From contig CAZWST010000003.1 of NCBI GenBank assembly GCA_964636965.1, positions 900 through 64,899 on the forward strand: DNA of 64,000 bases, read 5' to 3'. Origin of the DNA: an uncultured Muribaculaceae bacterium. Its GTDB lineage: Bacteria > Bacillota_I > Bacilli_A > RF39 > UBA660. Positions 49,067-60,000 of this stretch are shown here, piece by piece. Below the pieces are notes generated by a model, which was given only the letters and a program-made list of their open reading frames with translations, ran no database searches and was not told the origin of the DNA. Each line of letters opens with the position of its first letter. Position 1 is the first letter of the stretch. A program made the position numbers and the translations under genes.

Positions 49067-50034
49067 TTTAATAATAGTCCTTTCTTATAAATTGCAATAT
49101 CGGTTTCTACCTTATAATCATATATAAAAAATTCTTTATCTAATTTTTTATACTTATTTTTTATAATAGTGTTAATGCCTAGAATATCTGCTTCATTACT
49201 TTTAAGCTCTTGCATTACTTTATCAATGCTCTTGTTTAGAGAACTTTCAGCATATTTTTGTAACTTTTTTAAATCTTTTGCTTTTGTTATATCTAAATCA
49301 CAATTCATCTCTTGAATACTAGTTTTTAGTTTTAAATCAATTTTTATATTATCATCAACTTCATACTTAGTTTTAATAGAATCTATATTAAGAATAAAAT
49401 CTTTTTCTCCACATTTAGCATGCAATATACCATTATTTTTATTTCTTAATAGTTTTATAATCTCTTCATCATCAAAGTTAAATTCTATCTTTTTTTCAAG
49501 ATTTTTATATACAGCCATACCATTTAACTTTTCTCCATCAAATATTGGAATTGTTAAATCTCTAGTTTTGTTGACATAACTTTTCATTATTTCAAAGAAT
49601 GAACAAAGTTCATCATCCTCAACATTATTCTTAATTAATTCACCAATATTAATCTCTTCATCTTTATATATATCATCAACATTTGTACTCACAAAGGCAA
49701 AAGTGTCATTTGTATCTGGATTTCTAAAAAAATAATATATTAGGTCATTTAAATCAACATTTTTTGTAAATAATACTGAGTTAATATGCCTATAGTAAAA
49801 TTTTCTTTTACTTTTTTCTTCGGCTTTATTAAAAGCTTCTGTAAGTGATAATCCTTCATCAGAAAAAGTTTTTACTTTATCATCTTCATCATATATTTCA
49901 ACTATTACCTTATAGTTATTATCCTGATAATCAATTAATATTGATGAGACAACTGCTAAAGTATCTAGTTCAATGTAGTTATAACATCCTGTTAAAGTGA
50001 ACAGACAAAGTATAACAATAATTAATTTTTTCAT
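49063..50034 (-). CDS. gerXC: Spore germination protein, GerAC/GerKC-like lipoprotein (C subunit)
   Basis: Lipobox LFTLTGC followed by YNYIELDTLAVVSSILIDYQ, resembling GerxC N-termini (C..ELxxLAIVSAIGID). 4-nt overlaps with both neighbours. Confidence 0.65.
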   Translation of the reverse strand: MKKLIIVILCLFTLTGCYNYIELDTLAVVSSILIDYQDNNYKVIVEIYDEDDKVKTFSDEGLSLTEAFNKAEEKSKRKFYYRHINSVLFTKNVDLNDLIYYFFRNPDTNDTFAFVSTNVDDIYKDEEINIGELIKNNVEDDELCSFFEIMKSYVNKTRDLTIPIFDGEKLNGMAVYKNLEKKIEFNFDDEEIIKLLRNKNNGILHAKCGEKDFILNIDSIKTKYEVDDNIKIDLKLKTSIQEMNCDLDITKAKDLKKLQKYAESSLNKSIDKVMQELKSNEADILGINTIIKNKYKKLDKEFFIYDYKVETDIAIYKKGLLLK

Positions 50035-51410
50035 AATCTCCCCTTAATTCTATTATTACTTAATATTCTACTTCTTCTATTATTTTTGAGTTTTATTAAA
50101 GTTTCTTTTAAATAGGCCTTATCAAATGGCGCGATTGGATAAAGGTATGAATGTCCATTAACTTCATAGTTACAAAGATTGATGAATAAAAGTATTATTG
50201 AAAGTCCCACACCATAAAGTCCAAATATTGTTGCAATAAATAAAGCAATAAATCTCCAATACCTTAAAGCATCAATTATTTCTGTATCAGTAAAAATCAT
50301 ACTTGAAATAAATGTTATAGATGCAACAATAATCATGATAGGAGAAACTATGCCAGCTGAAACAGCTGCTTCTCCTAATATTAAAGCTCCAAGAATGGAT
50401 ATAGCTGATCCATAACTAGAAGGAAACCTTATATCACTTTCTCTTAATATTTCACATATTATTAATGTAATTACACATTCCATAACGGCAGGAAAGGGAA
50501 CATTCATTCTTTGGTTTTGCAAATTAATAAGTAAGCTTGTTGGAATAGTCTCTTGATTTATTGTTGTTACAGCTACATAAAATGCTGGAACAAATATCGC
50601 GATAAAAAAACATAAAAGACGCAGTATCTTAATAAAATTAACACTAGATGATTTAGTGTATTTATCGCTCATCGGGTTAATAAAGTCAGCTAAGAATGTT
50701 GGTACAATTAAAGCGTAAGGAGAAGTATCCATTAAAATAACGACTTTACCATTAAGTAGTGAATCAGCTATAACATCAGGTCTTTCAGTAATTTTTACAC
50801 CTGGAAATACATTTTTTTTATCATCTACTAAATATGACTTTATTTCACCAACATCGGTTATACCATCAATATTGATCTTTTTTAAGTTTTCAATAGTTGT
50901 TTTAACTATATCTTTTTTGGCAACACCATCTATATAAAGAACGGATGTAATAGTTTTTGTATAAACTCCGACATTAATATTTACATTTTTAAAGTTTTTA
51001 CTCTTAATTCTTCTTTTTATTAAACCTAGATTAGTCTGATAGTTTTCAACTAAAGCATCCTTTGGACCATATATAGTTGCTTCAGTTGAAGGAGTATCAA
51101 TACTTCTATTTAAATCACTTTTTGTTTCAATTGCGATAATGGTTTTATTGAATATTAAAATTGTAAAACCAGATTCTAAATAGAAACACATTTCTTCATA
51201 AGATAAAACATCTTTTACATTAGGAGAAGGTATTACTGACTTAATATCACTTATTTTTTTACATTCAGAAATTCTTTTTAAAATATAATCATTTATTTTA
51301 TCTTGATTAGCTAATGTTTCTAAGTAAATTATAGTGGTATTTAAAAATTCTTTTATTACTAAATCTGTTACTTCGACATAATCTTTCTTTATTTTATCTA
51401 AAAAGTTCAT
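50031..51410 (-). CDS. gerXA: Spore germination protein, GerAA/GerKA-like (A subunit)
   Basis: 459 aa. C-terminal membrane domain with NVPFPAVMECVITLIICEILRE...ISILGALILGEAAVSAGIVSPIMIIVASIT, matching conserved GerAA blocks (VPFPALLE...IVGALVIGQAAVQAGIVS). Confidence 0.8.
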   Translation of the reverse strand: MNFLDKIKKDYVEVTDLVIKEFLNTTIIYLETLANQDKINDYILKRISECKKISDIKSVIPSPNVKDVLSYEEMCFYLESGFTILIFNKTIIAIETKSDLNRSIDTPSTEATIYGPKDALVENYQTNLGLIKRRIKSKNFKNVNINVGVYTKTITSVLYIDGVAKKDIVKTTIENLKKINIDGITDVGEIKSYLVDDKKNVFPGVKITERPDVIADSLLNGKVVILMDTSPYALIVPTFLADFINPMSDKYTKSSSVNFIKILRLLCFFIAIFVPAFYVAVTTINQETIPTSLLINLQNQRMNVPFPAVMECVITLIICEILRESDIRFPSSYGSAISILGALILGEAAVSAGIVSPIMIIVASITFISSMIFTDTEIIDALRYWRFIALFIATIFGLYGVGLSIILLFINLCNYEVNGHSYLYPIAPFDKAYLKETLIKLKNNRRSRILSNNRIKGRL

Positions 51411-51504
51411 TCTATCACCGTTAATAGTGTAACCAATTGTTTTTTTCTTTATACAATTGTTTACAAACCCTTTATTTTTTTTTATAATTTAAATAGGTGA
51501 TACA

Positions 51505-52731
51505 ATGAAAAAGATATTAGACAATAAAATTGTTCAATTAGGAATTACAGCTTTCTCTGTTATAGCTGCGTGTATATTATTTGGATTCTGTTTATTTCAT
51601 ATAAACTATGTAATTAATTTCCTAGGGAAAATCATACGTATATTAATGCCACTTATATATGGACTTGTTTTAGCATATATAATGCATCCGCTAGTTAATC
51701 TTTTTGATCATAAAGTATTTAATAAGATTACAAAAGATACGACAAGAAGAAACTTAAGCATATTTTGTACATTTATGATTATTGTTGGAATTCTTGTTAC
51801 ATTAATAAGTTTTATAATTCCTCAATTACTATTAAGTATTCAATCAGTTATTGTAAATGCTCCAGTATATTTTAATGATTTAGGAGAGTGGATAAAAAAT
51901 ACTTTTACTAATTCGGAAATAGAATCAAACTTACTTGATAATTATGAAGTTATAAGTGGGTATTTAACAACTGCATTAAATAATGTTGTTTTACCAATTG
52001 CTGATGGAGCTTTAGCAAAATTAAGTAGTGGTATATTTGGATTTGTATCATTTATCTTTAATTTTGCCATTGGTTTTGTTTTTGCAGTTTATATACTTGC
52101 TAATACAAAAACATTTAGTGCAGGACTTAGAAAAAATTTATATTCGTTATTTAATGTTGATAAAGTAAATGGCTTTATTGATGAAATCGGACATATCAAT
52201 CATGTGTTTGGTCAATTTATGATTGGTAAGATATGTGATTCGGGAATAATAGGTATATGTACATTAATATTTTTATTAATATTTAAATATCCATATCCAT
52301 TATTAATTGCTGTAATTATTTGTTTAACAGATTTAATACCATACTTTGGTCCTTATATTGGGTCTATTCCATCAGTATTATTAATTCTTTTAGTAGATCC
52401 AGTTAAAGCAATTACGTTTATTCTATTCATGGTAATTTTACAACAAATTGATGCAAACTTTATTACACCAAGAATTCAAAAGCAAGCAACTGGCTTACCA
52501 TCATTCTGGGTATTATTTGCCATTACTTTATTTGGTGGATTATTTGGTATAGTAGGTATGCTAATTGGTGTACCATGCTTCACCATTATTTATGAATTAT
52601 TTAATGAATTTACTGATAAGAGACTAAAGAAGAAGAATTTACCAGCTGAAACGGACTATTATACTAAAGTTGATATGATAGGTGAAAAAGTCGTAAAAGC
52701 TAAAATAAATAAAAAGAACCTAGTAAAATAG
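51505..52731 (+). CDS. AI-2E family transporter (YtvI/YhhT/PerM-like)
   Basis: 408 aa, 8 predicted TM. PF01594-like architecture with a conserved C-terminal segment GLPSFWVLFAITLFGGLFGIVGMLIGVPCF. Confidence 0.7.
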   Translation: MKKILDNKIVQLGITAFSVIAACILFGFCLFHINYVINFLGKIIRILMPLIYGLVLAYIMHPLVNLFDHKVFNKITKDTTRRNLSIFCTFMIIVGILVTLISFIIPQLLLSIQSVIVNAPVYFNDLGEWIKNTFTNSEIESNLLDNYEVISGYLTTALNNVVLPIADGALAKLSSGIFGFVSFIFNFAIGFVFAVYILANTKTFSAGLRKNLYSLFNVDKVNGFIDEIGHINHVFGQFMIGKICDSGIIGICTLIFLLIFKYPYPLLIAVIICLTDLIPYFGPYIGSIPSVLLILLVDPVKAITFILFMVILQQIDANFITPRIQKQATGLPSFWVLFAITLFGGLFGIVGMLIGVPCFTIIYELFNEFTDKRLKKKNLPAETDYYTKVDMIGEKVVKAKINKKNLVK

Positions 52732-52830
52732 ATTCTTTTTTTATTGTTTAATTTACATCCTCAACTACTAAGTGAGTATTTGTATTGTAAAAACAAACTA
52801 CATTTGGTATCATTAATATATGGTGATACT

Positions 52831-53331
52831 ATGAAGAATAAAATTATTATTTTAGTTTTTATAGTAATAATTCTTTCTTCAATGGTATTTTTTACGTTTT
52901 TAGCAAATACTTATAAGAATTATTATGAAAAAGAAAAAACAGAAGATTTAAAAACTAGTATGACTGATGATTTAAATACTAATGAAGAAGTAGTGAAACA
53001 TGAAAAAGAAAGTTTAAACGACGCTTCTTGTAATTGTAATGAAAATCTAAAACTAGCAACAGAAGAAGACAAAGCCAAGTATAGCATAACTGATATAAAC
53101 TATAACAAGACAGATCGCGTTACGACTATAAAAGGCTATATAAAGAATAATGGTGGGAAAGAAAATATTGTATTAAAAGTTGAATTTTATGATTCGGACA
53201 AACTGGCAAAGTCTAGTTCAAGCATAAGTTTAAATATTAAAAATGGTGAGAAAAAAGAATTCAATATCACTCAAATTAATAGTGTTGCAAGTGAAGATTT
53301 TGATGTATTAGTAGAATATGTAGGTGAATAA
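52831..53331 (+). CDS. Hypothetical small membrane-anchored protein (166 aa), first gene of the giant-protein operon
   Basis: ATG 52831 preceded by the conserved upstream motif. TM IIILVFIVIILSSMVFFTFL. Stop is 1 nt before a candidate TTG start of the next gene. The track ORF started at 52744. Confidence 0.45.
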   Translation: MKNKIIILVFIVIILSSMVFFTFLANTYKNYYEKEKTEDLKTSMTDDLNTNEEVVKHEKESLNDASCNCNENLKLATEEDKAKYSITDINYNKTDRVTTIKGYIKNNGGKENIVLKVEFYDSDKLAKSSSSISLNIKNGEKKEFNITQINSVASEDFDVLVEYVGE

Positions 53332-53332
53332 A

Positions 53333-56300
53333 TTGAGAAATAAAAGAACAGTATTATTTTTAATTTTAATTTTGTCTTTAGGATTTGCTGCTGTATCAGC
53401 AACCCTTAGTATTGAAGGTTTTACTTTAATTGGTGCAAATGAACAAGACTTTAAAGTGTATTTTAGTCAAGCTAAATTAGATGATATAGATAAAAGCAAT
53501 GTACTTATAAAAGAAGATAAACAAGTAGTTGACTTTGAAACTAAAGAACTTAATCTTGTTGGAGACGAGTCATACTTAGATTATGAAGTTACCAATGATT
53601 CTAGTCAATACGATGCGAGCGTCAAGATAAATTGTACAGCTACTTCCCCTGAAATATTAGATTATGTTGATATAGACTACTCTATTGATAAAGAGATAAT
53701 TACTGCTAAATCAAGGGCTAATGGAAGAGTAAAAGTTACATTAAAAAAGAGTTATTCAGGTAATGAAACGTTTAGTCACAACTTTACGTGTAATATTAAA
53801 GTAGATGCTTTAAGCAAAGAAAATATAAATGATACAATTTTAGAAGTACATGAATATTATGCTTATGGTTACTTATTAAAAAATGATGAACCTTTAGTTA
53901 ATAAAGTGGTTGCTATTGTTGATGAAAAAAATAATAAATTTACTACAACTGACGCTAGAGGTATGTATATATTTGAAAACTTAACAGGTGGGGGCTATAA
54001 CTTCTTAGTTTTTGAAAATAGTACTACAGAAGAATTAGTTTCAAAAACTAAAGAAGAGTTATTAGAACTTGCAACAGAAGTGAAAAACTTTAATACAGGG
54101 GACGGAATAATCGCTTTATCTAACTATGATAATAAATACTCAAAAATTAATCCAGGAGTACCAACAAAACACACAATAACTTTTGATACAACAGAAGGTA
54201 CAACTCAGGATTTTACAAGTACAGTTATTGAAGGGGAACAAATCGGTTATCTTCCCATTGCTATTGAACACGAAACTTTAGCTTTTGAAGATTGGAAAGA
54301 TGAAGATATAATAGTTTCAGAAGAAGATATAGCAAATGGGGATATATTCTTAAGTGCTAGCTATGGGACAGGAGTTGCTAAAATTGGTGAAAAAGGATTC
54401 AGAACTTTAGCTCAAGCTTTTGATTATATTGATACAACAAATGAAACTACAATAAATGTCATTGAAAATAATGCATTAAAGAGAAACATCACTAATGATA
54501 AAAATGTTATCTTAAATTTAAACAATCTAAAAGTTAACCTTGATAAATATTCAATAACAAATGCAGGTAATCTCACCATTAAAAATGGTAGTATAGATGC
54601 AACAGGATTAGATATAATTACAAATAATGGAATATTATATCTAAATGATAATTTAAATATCAATTATTTAAACAATACAAATGAAAATGAAATAATTAAT
54701 GGAATAGTAAATAATAATGAAGCAATGATTAGCAATACTACTATTGATGCATCATCATCAAATTATGTTGAAAATCAAAGCATTATTAACAATAATGGAA
54801 CGATGGAAATTACTTCATCTTCTATTACATCAAGTAACCTTTTGATCTTAGATCAAAAAGATAAAAATATGAATATAAATAATACAACATTGATATACAA
54901 AAATGATAAAACAATAAAGCATATATTACAAACATATGGAAACTTAGTGCTTGAAGATAATGATTTTAGAATGGCAGAAGGAAATGAATTATCTCAAGGA
55001 ATAATTCAACCATTAGAAGGATCTAATGTTAGTTTAAAATCCGGATCGATTGATAATACATATGGAAAAGCAAATGCTATATATGCTACTGGTGCAGATT
55101 CAATATTAAATATTGGAGAAAAAGACAAAGAAATTATTTTAAAAGGTGTAGCAGGATATCCAAGTATTGCCTCATATGGACAAATGAACATACTAGATGG
55201 AACAATCAACTCGAGTTTGGGAAGTGCAATCTTAGCAATTAATGAGTTGACTGTTGGCTCATCAACGTCAACACCAATTATTGATGAAAATGGTGGGATA
55301 GCTATTATTGTTCGTGAAGGAAGCGAAAATAAAATTATAAACGCAAATATTAATGCCAATAATGGTGAAACTTTAAGAGTAGAAAAGAATGCTAAATTAA
55401 CAATTGATAATATTAATTTGACAAGCTATAGTACTACAAACACTTATAGTCAAGTAATTGTCTCGGGAGAATTAGTAATAAATGATGGAACCTTTACTCT
55501 AAGTAGTGAAAATACACAGGGGAAGGGAGTTTTACATAATAATTCAACAGGGATTGTTACAATTAATGGTGGAACATTTGATGGAACAAATGCCAAATCA
55601 AACAATATTTATAATTATGGTGTATTAAATACGGGAAATAAAAATAACATACATATTATTGGAAATGGCGCTAATAGTTATATAATTTATAATAATGCCT
55701 CAGGAAAATTAAATATAATAGATGGCAATATTACTTTTGATGCTGGTTTTGCTATTGGCTCTGCTGGGTTATTAATAGTTGGAAGTGAGACAACAAAACC
55801 AATAATTACTGGAGCAAGTTCAAAAAATGTTTTTGAAGTTAGAAGTAATAAAGAAAACAAAATAATAAATGCAGATATAACAGCAAAAAATTCTAATGCT
55901 ATTAATGTATATGATAGTATGAAACTTGAGATTGAAGATGCAACAATTACTATGGGAGAAGCAACAGGAACTTCTTATTTAGTTTATACAGAGGGCACAT
56001 TAACAATCAAAAGTGGTACATACAAAAAAACAGTAGGTAAGAGCGGACCAATCTTTGGCTCAGCAAAATCCACACTTAATATTGGCGAAAATAATAAAAA
56101 CATTGATGTGTATTGTGTTGATGGCTATTATGGTATAACAAGTCGTGGAGTACTTAATATACCTGCAGGAACAGTAACTAGTAAAGCTGGATTTTTAATT
56201 GGGTATTTCGGTACCGGAACAATTGGAACAGAAACTACCGCTCCTACAATCATAGGAAATAAAAATGAACCAGCTATTCAATTAAGAGAAGAAGGTAAAG

Positions 56301-56989
56301 CAACAATTATAAATGCTAATGTAAAATCGTTTGATACTTTTGTCATTTCCGTTGATAATAAAGCGAATCTAACAATTGATAATATTAATCTGGAACAAAT
56401 AAATACAACCTCTACTGCACGTGCAATAAATGTTGATGGAACACTTAATATAAATAATGGTGAATTTACATCTATGATCGAAAACAACGCATCTTATGGC
56501 TTATTTAATGTAAGAGAAGGATCCACACTTAATATTGATGGTGGAACATTTAATTATAATGGACCTTCTAATTCGTTATATTTAACGGCAGGTGTAGTAA
56601 ATATAGGGGAAAATGAAAAAAATCCAATTTTAATACAAAATACAAATCCTGGATCAAATCCATTGATATCAAATAGAAATGCTACTCTTAATATTTATTC
56701 GGGAAATATTATTACAAAAGGATCTTCTGCAATACGACAAAATCTTGAAAATGAAGATGCAACAGATGAAGAAAAACTTAATCATACAGCTGTAATAAAT
56801 ATTTATGGTGGAAGACTTGAAGCAACTAGTGACTCTATATCAACAATAAGCATTGAAGCGGGAAAATTTAATATGTCTGGTGGAGAAGTTATCAACAATG
56901 GTGCTGGTAGAACAATTTACAATAATGGTGGTACTGCTATTCAAACAGGAGGTATATCCGCAAATAATTATGGTGTAACAGCCCAATAA
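53333..56989 (+). CDS. Giant N-terminally anchored surface protein (about 1220 aa) with right-handed beta-helix-like repeats; putative adhesin
   Basis: Leader domain homologous to 28858 and 57074 (LILILSLGFAAVSATL; DYEVTNDSSQYDASV..C.A). Long series of imperfect ~20-25 aa repeats (NxGxLxI, GGTFxG, N..NxxxINANI). Start ambiguous: TTG 53333 with RBS AGGTGA, versus track GTG 53324. Confidence 0.65.
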   Translation: MRNKRTVLFLILILSLGFAAVSATLSIEGFTLIGANEQDFKVYFSQAKLDDIDKSNVLIKEDKQVVDFETKELNLVGDESYLDYEVTNDSSQYDASVKINCTATSPEILDYVDIDYSIDKEIITAKSRANGRVKVTLKKSYSGNETFSHNFTCNIKVDALSKENINDTILEVHEYYAYGYLLKNDEPLVNKVVAIVDEKNNKFTTTDARGMYIFENLTGGGYNFLVFENSTTEELVSKTKEELLELATEVKNFNTGDGIIALSNYDNKYSKINPGVPTKHTITFDTTEGTTQDFTSTVIEGEQIGYLPIAIEHETLAFEDWKDEDIIVSEEDIANGDIFLSASYGTGVAKIGEKGFRTLAQAFDYIDTTNETTINVIENNALKRNITNDKNVILNLNNLKVNLDKYSITNAGNLTIKNGSIDATGLDIITNNGILYLNDNLNINYLNNTNENEIINGIVNNNEAMISNTTIDASSSNYVENQSIINNNGTMEITSSSITSSNLLILDQKDKNMNINNTTLIYKNDKTIKHILQTYGNLVLEDNDFRMAEGNELSQGIIQPLEGSNVSLKSGSIDNTYGKANAIYATGADSILNIGEKDKEIILKGVAGYPSIASYGQMNILDGTINSSLGSAILAINELTVGSSTSTPIIDENGGIAIIVREGSENKIINANINANNGETLRVEKNAKLTIDNINLTSYSTTNTYSQVIVSGELVINDGTFTLSSENTQGKGVLHNNSTGIVTINGGTFDGTNAKSNNIYNYGVLNTGNKNNIHIIGNGANSYIIYNNASGKLNIIDGNITFDAGFAIGSAGLLIVGSETTKPIITGASSKNVFEVRSNKENKIINADITAKNSNAINVYDSMKLEIEDATITMGEATGTSYLVYTEGTLTIKSGTYKKTVGKSGPIFGSAKSTLNIGENNKNIDVYCVDGYYGITSRGVLNIPAGTVTSKAGFLIGYFGTGTIGTETTAPTIIGNKNEPAIQLREEGKATIINANVKSFDTFVISVDNKANLTIDNINLEQINTTSTARAINVDGTLNINNGEFTSMIENNASYGLFNVREGSTLNIDGGTFNYNGPSNSLYLTAGVVNIGENEKNPILIQNTNPGSNPLISNRNATLNIYSGNIITKGSSAIRQNLENEDATDEEKLNHTAVINIYGGRLEATSDSISTISIEAGKFNMSGGEVINNGAGRTIYNNGGTAIQTGGISANNYGVTAQ

Positions 56990-56998
56990 ATAAATGAA

Positions 56999-57027
56999 GA
57001 AGAAACTACTAAATGTTTCTTTTTTTA
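56999..57027 (+). terminator. Rho-independent terminator
   Basis: AGAAAC tactaaat GTTTCT followed by TTTTTTT. Confidence 0.65.
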
Positions 57028-57073
57028 TACCATTTTTACACTACATATGGTATCATTAAAATAAGGTGAGAAT

Positions 57074-60000
57074 ATGAAAAAGAATAGTAAAATAGTTTTA
57101 ATAATAGTTTTAATACTAGCAATAGGTTTTGCAAGTGTTTCAACAGTTTTAAAATTAGGAGGAACTACAAAAGTAGGATTCAATGAAGAAGATTTTGTAT
57201 CAAATATAATATTTACAAGATCAGTTTTAGATGATGAAGATATAAGTGAAGAAACAATAATAGAAGAGGGAAAGAAAATAAAATTTGTAACAAAAAAACT
57301 AACAACAGTAGGAGAAAGTACAGTATTAGATTATACAGTTACAAATAAGTCAAAACAATATGCAGCAAGGGGATATGTAAAAACATTTGAGTATAATCCA
57401 GAATATATAAAAATAGAAAATGGACCAGCTAACTATGATTTGTTACCAGACTCAAGTGAAGATGGAGAAATGGTAATAACATTAATAAAACCCTTAACAG
57501 AAGATAAAGATGTAGAAGTAACAATAGAAATAGAATTTGGACCAATTGATAAAGAAGATGTAACAACAACTACTACAACAACTACGACAACTACCACAAC
57601 TACAACAACAGAAGTAGCAGGAGAAAAGTATGATTTAACAATAGATCCAGATGGTGGAATTTATAATGGATCAAATGAAATAATAAATAGAAAAGTACTA
57701 AAAGATACAGAAGTAACTTTAAATGAAATAACAAAAGAAGGTTACATATTTTCACACTGGCAAGTGAATGAAACGGATAAATTGGATGGCAACACTATAA
57801 CTATTACGCAAAATACTACAATAAAGGCAATATGGATAAATACTGATGATATAGTCGCAAAAATAGATGACGAGTATTATAATAGTGTTCAAAGTGCATT
57901 TAATGCAGCAAAGACAAATGATGAAATTATTTTACTAAAAGATACAGAAGAAACATCAACAAATAAAAAAGAAGTAGTACTAAATTTAGATTCACATAAG
58001 ATAACTGGAAGTATAACAAATGATGGCAAATTAAGAATAGATAATGGTGAAATAGAAAATACAAATGGAGCAGCCATAATAAATAATGGAACATTAACAC
58101 TTGGAAATAATGAAGGAACAATTTCAACAGAAACACCATCAATAATTGGTGCCTCTATAGGTATAGAACAAAAAGGAACACTAAACTTTTATGATGGATA
58201 TGTTGAAGGAGTAGTAGGAATAAATGGAGATGTAGCAAATACACCAGAAGAATACTATGTATTTGTTGACCATAATGATATAAAGAACTGTCAAAAAGTA
58301 TACTTAGTAAAAGAAGTAACAAGAGCAGTTGTAAAAACCACAACAAATGGGGAAGTATACTATTATAATTTGCAAGATGCAATTAATAAGTCTCTTATTT
58401 CATCGTATCCAATATATGCAATGAGAGATTTTGAAGCTGCTTACACTTTGAGCATAACTAATAATAAACCGATATTGTTTGATATTATTGGTTATACTGT
58501 TAACTTAGGAAATACAATAACAAACAGTGGCTCATTAACTCTAACTAATAGTGTTACAGAGTCTGGGACTCTTACAACTTCATTTCCTATTGTAAATAAT
58601 AATAATCTTAGCTTAAGCAATATTAAGATTAGTTCCACTACTACAGAAAATGCTATAGAAAATAATAAAAAATTAGCTATAAACAAATCAACTATTACGG
58701 CAAAGAGCGGATATGCATTAAAAACGAATTCATCCAATGTAACTATCGATAGTACGTCTACATTAGAATCAAGTAAACGAGCTCTTTATGTTAATACAAA
58801 AGGATTAATGGTATCTACAGGAAATATCGGCGGTGCTGATATTTCATCTTCAGGTGAGCTTATAGTAGCTGGAGCAACAATAAGAAGTAAAACAGGACCT
58901 TCCATAATTAATAATGGTAAACTAGAAGTTAGAAGCGGAAACGTTTACTCTCAGCCTTATGAAAGAGGAATAAATTCAACTGGAAATAACAATAGAGTGG
59001 ATATAAAGGGAGGATATATTTCCGAATTATATATAAGCTCGGGTACTTTAAATATTTCAGGTGGAGAATTTCATTTAAGATCGGAATGTGCTGTTAATGC
59101 TCTATCATCATCAGTAACAATATCGGGAGGAACATTTGACGGAAGTTTGGCAACAGCACTTTATTTTAGTGGTTCAACTGCAAATGTAACTAACGCAACA
59201 ATTAGTGATGGGGACAATGGAGTTTTAATCAATAATAGTGATGTTACAATAAATAACATTACAATAAATAACAATTGGACAGATATTGGTATAGTTATGA
59301 ATTCTGGAAACTTAAGCATATCTGATGCAAATATAAATGTTGATGAATATGCTATAAAACAAGCTGGTGGAACAATTTATTATGGATCTGAAACTAGTTC
59401 TTCAATTGCTAGTCCATTAATAATGGCTGACATGTATGGTGTATATAAAACTGGCGGTATATTTAATTTCTATAGTGGCAAGATTGCAGGCAAAACAGGT
59501 GCTATTAGTGGAACATATGATAATTATCCATCAATGATGACGTCTGAAGAAACGACTGAAACTATAAATGATTCAGAGTATAAAGTTAATACATTAACAG
59601 AGTTAAAAGATTTCATAGAATTAGTAGAAACTGGGGCAGTTTATTCTTCTTTTGTTAATGCTATATCGGATATTTCTACAGAAGGTACTTTGCTATTAAA
59701 AACAAGTGCAAGTATTACAGAAAATATTGACATACCTAGCAATAAAAAGATTACAATTGACACCAACGGCTATAAAACAAATTTAAGTAAAATGATAACA
59801 AACAATGGACAACTAACAATAAAAAGTAGTGCACAAAAGTTTGGAGAAATTATTTCATCAATCGATACAATGATAACCAATAATGCAACATTGATATTAG
59901 AAAGCAATAGTTTTCTTAATTCGAAAGGAACTGTATTGATTAATAATGGCAGTGAAGCAAAAACTACAATTAATTCAGGTATATATCAAGGACAGCTTTA

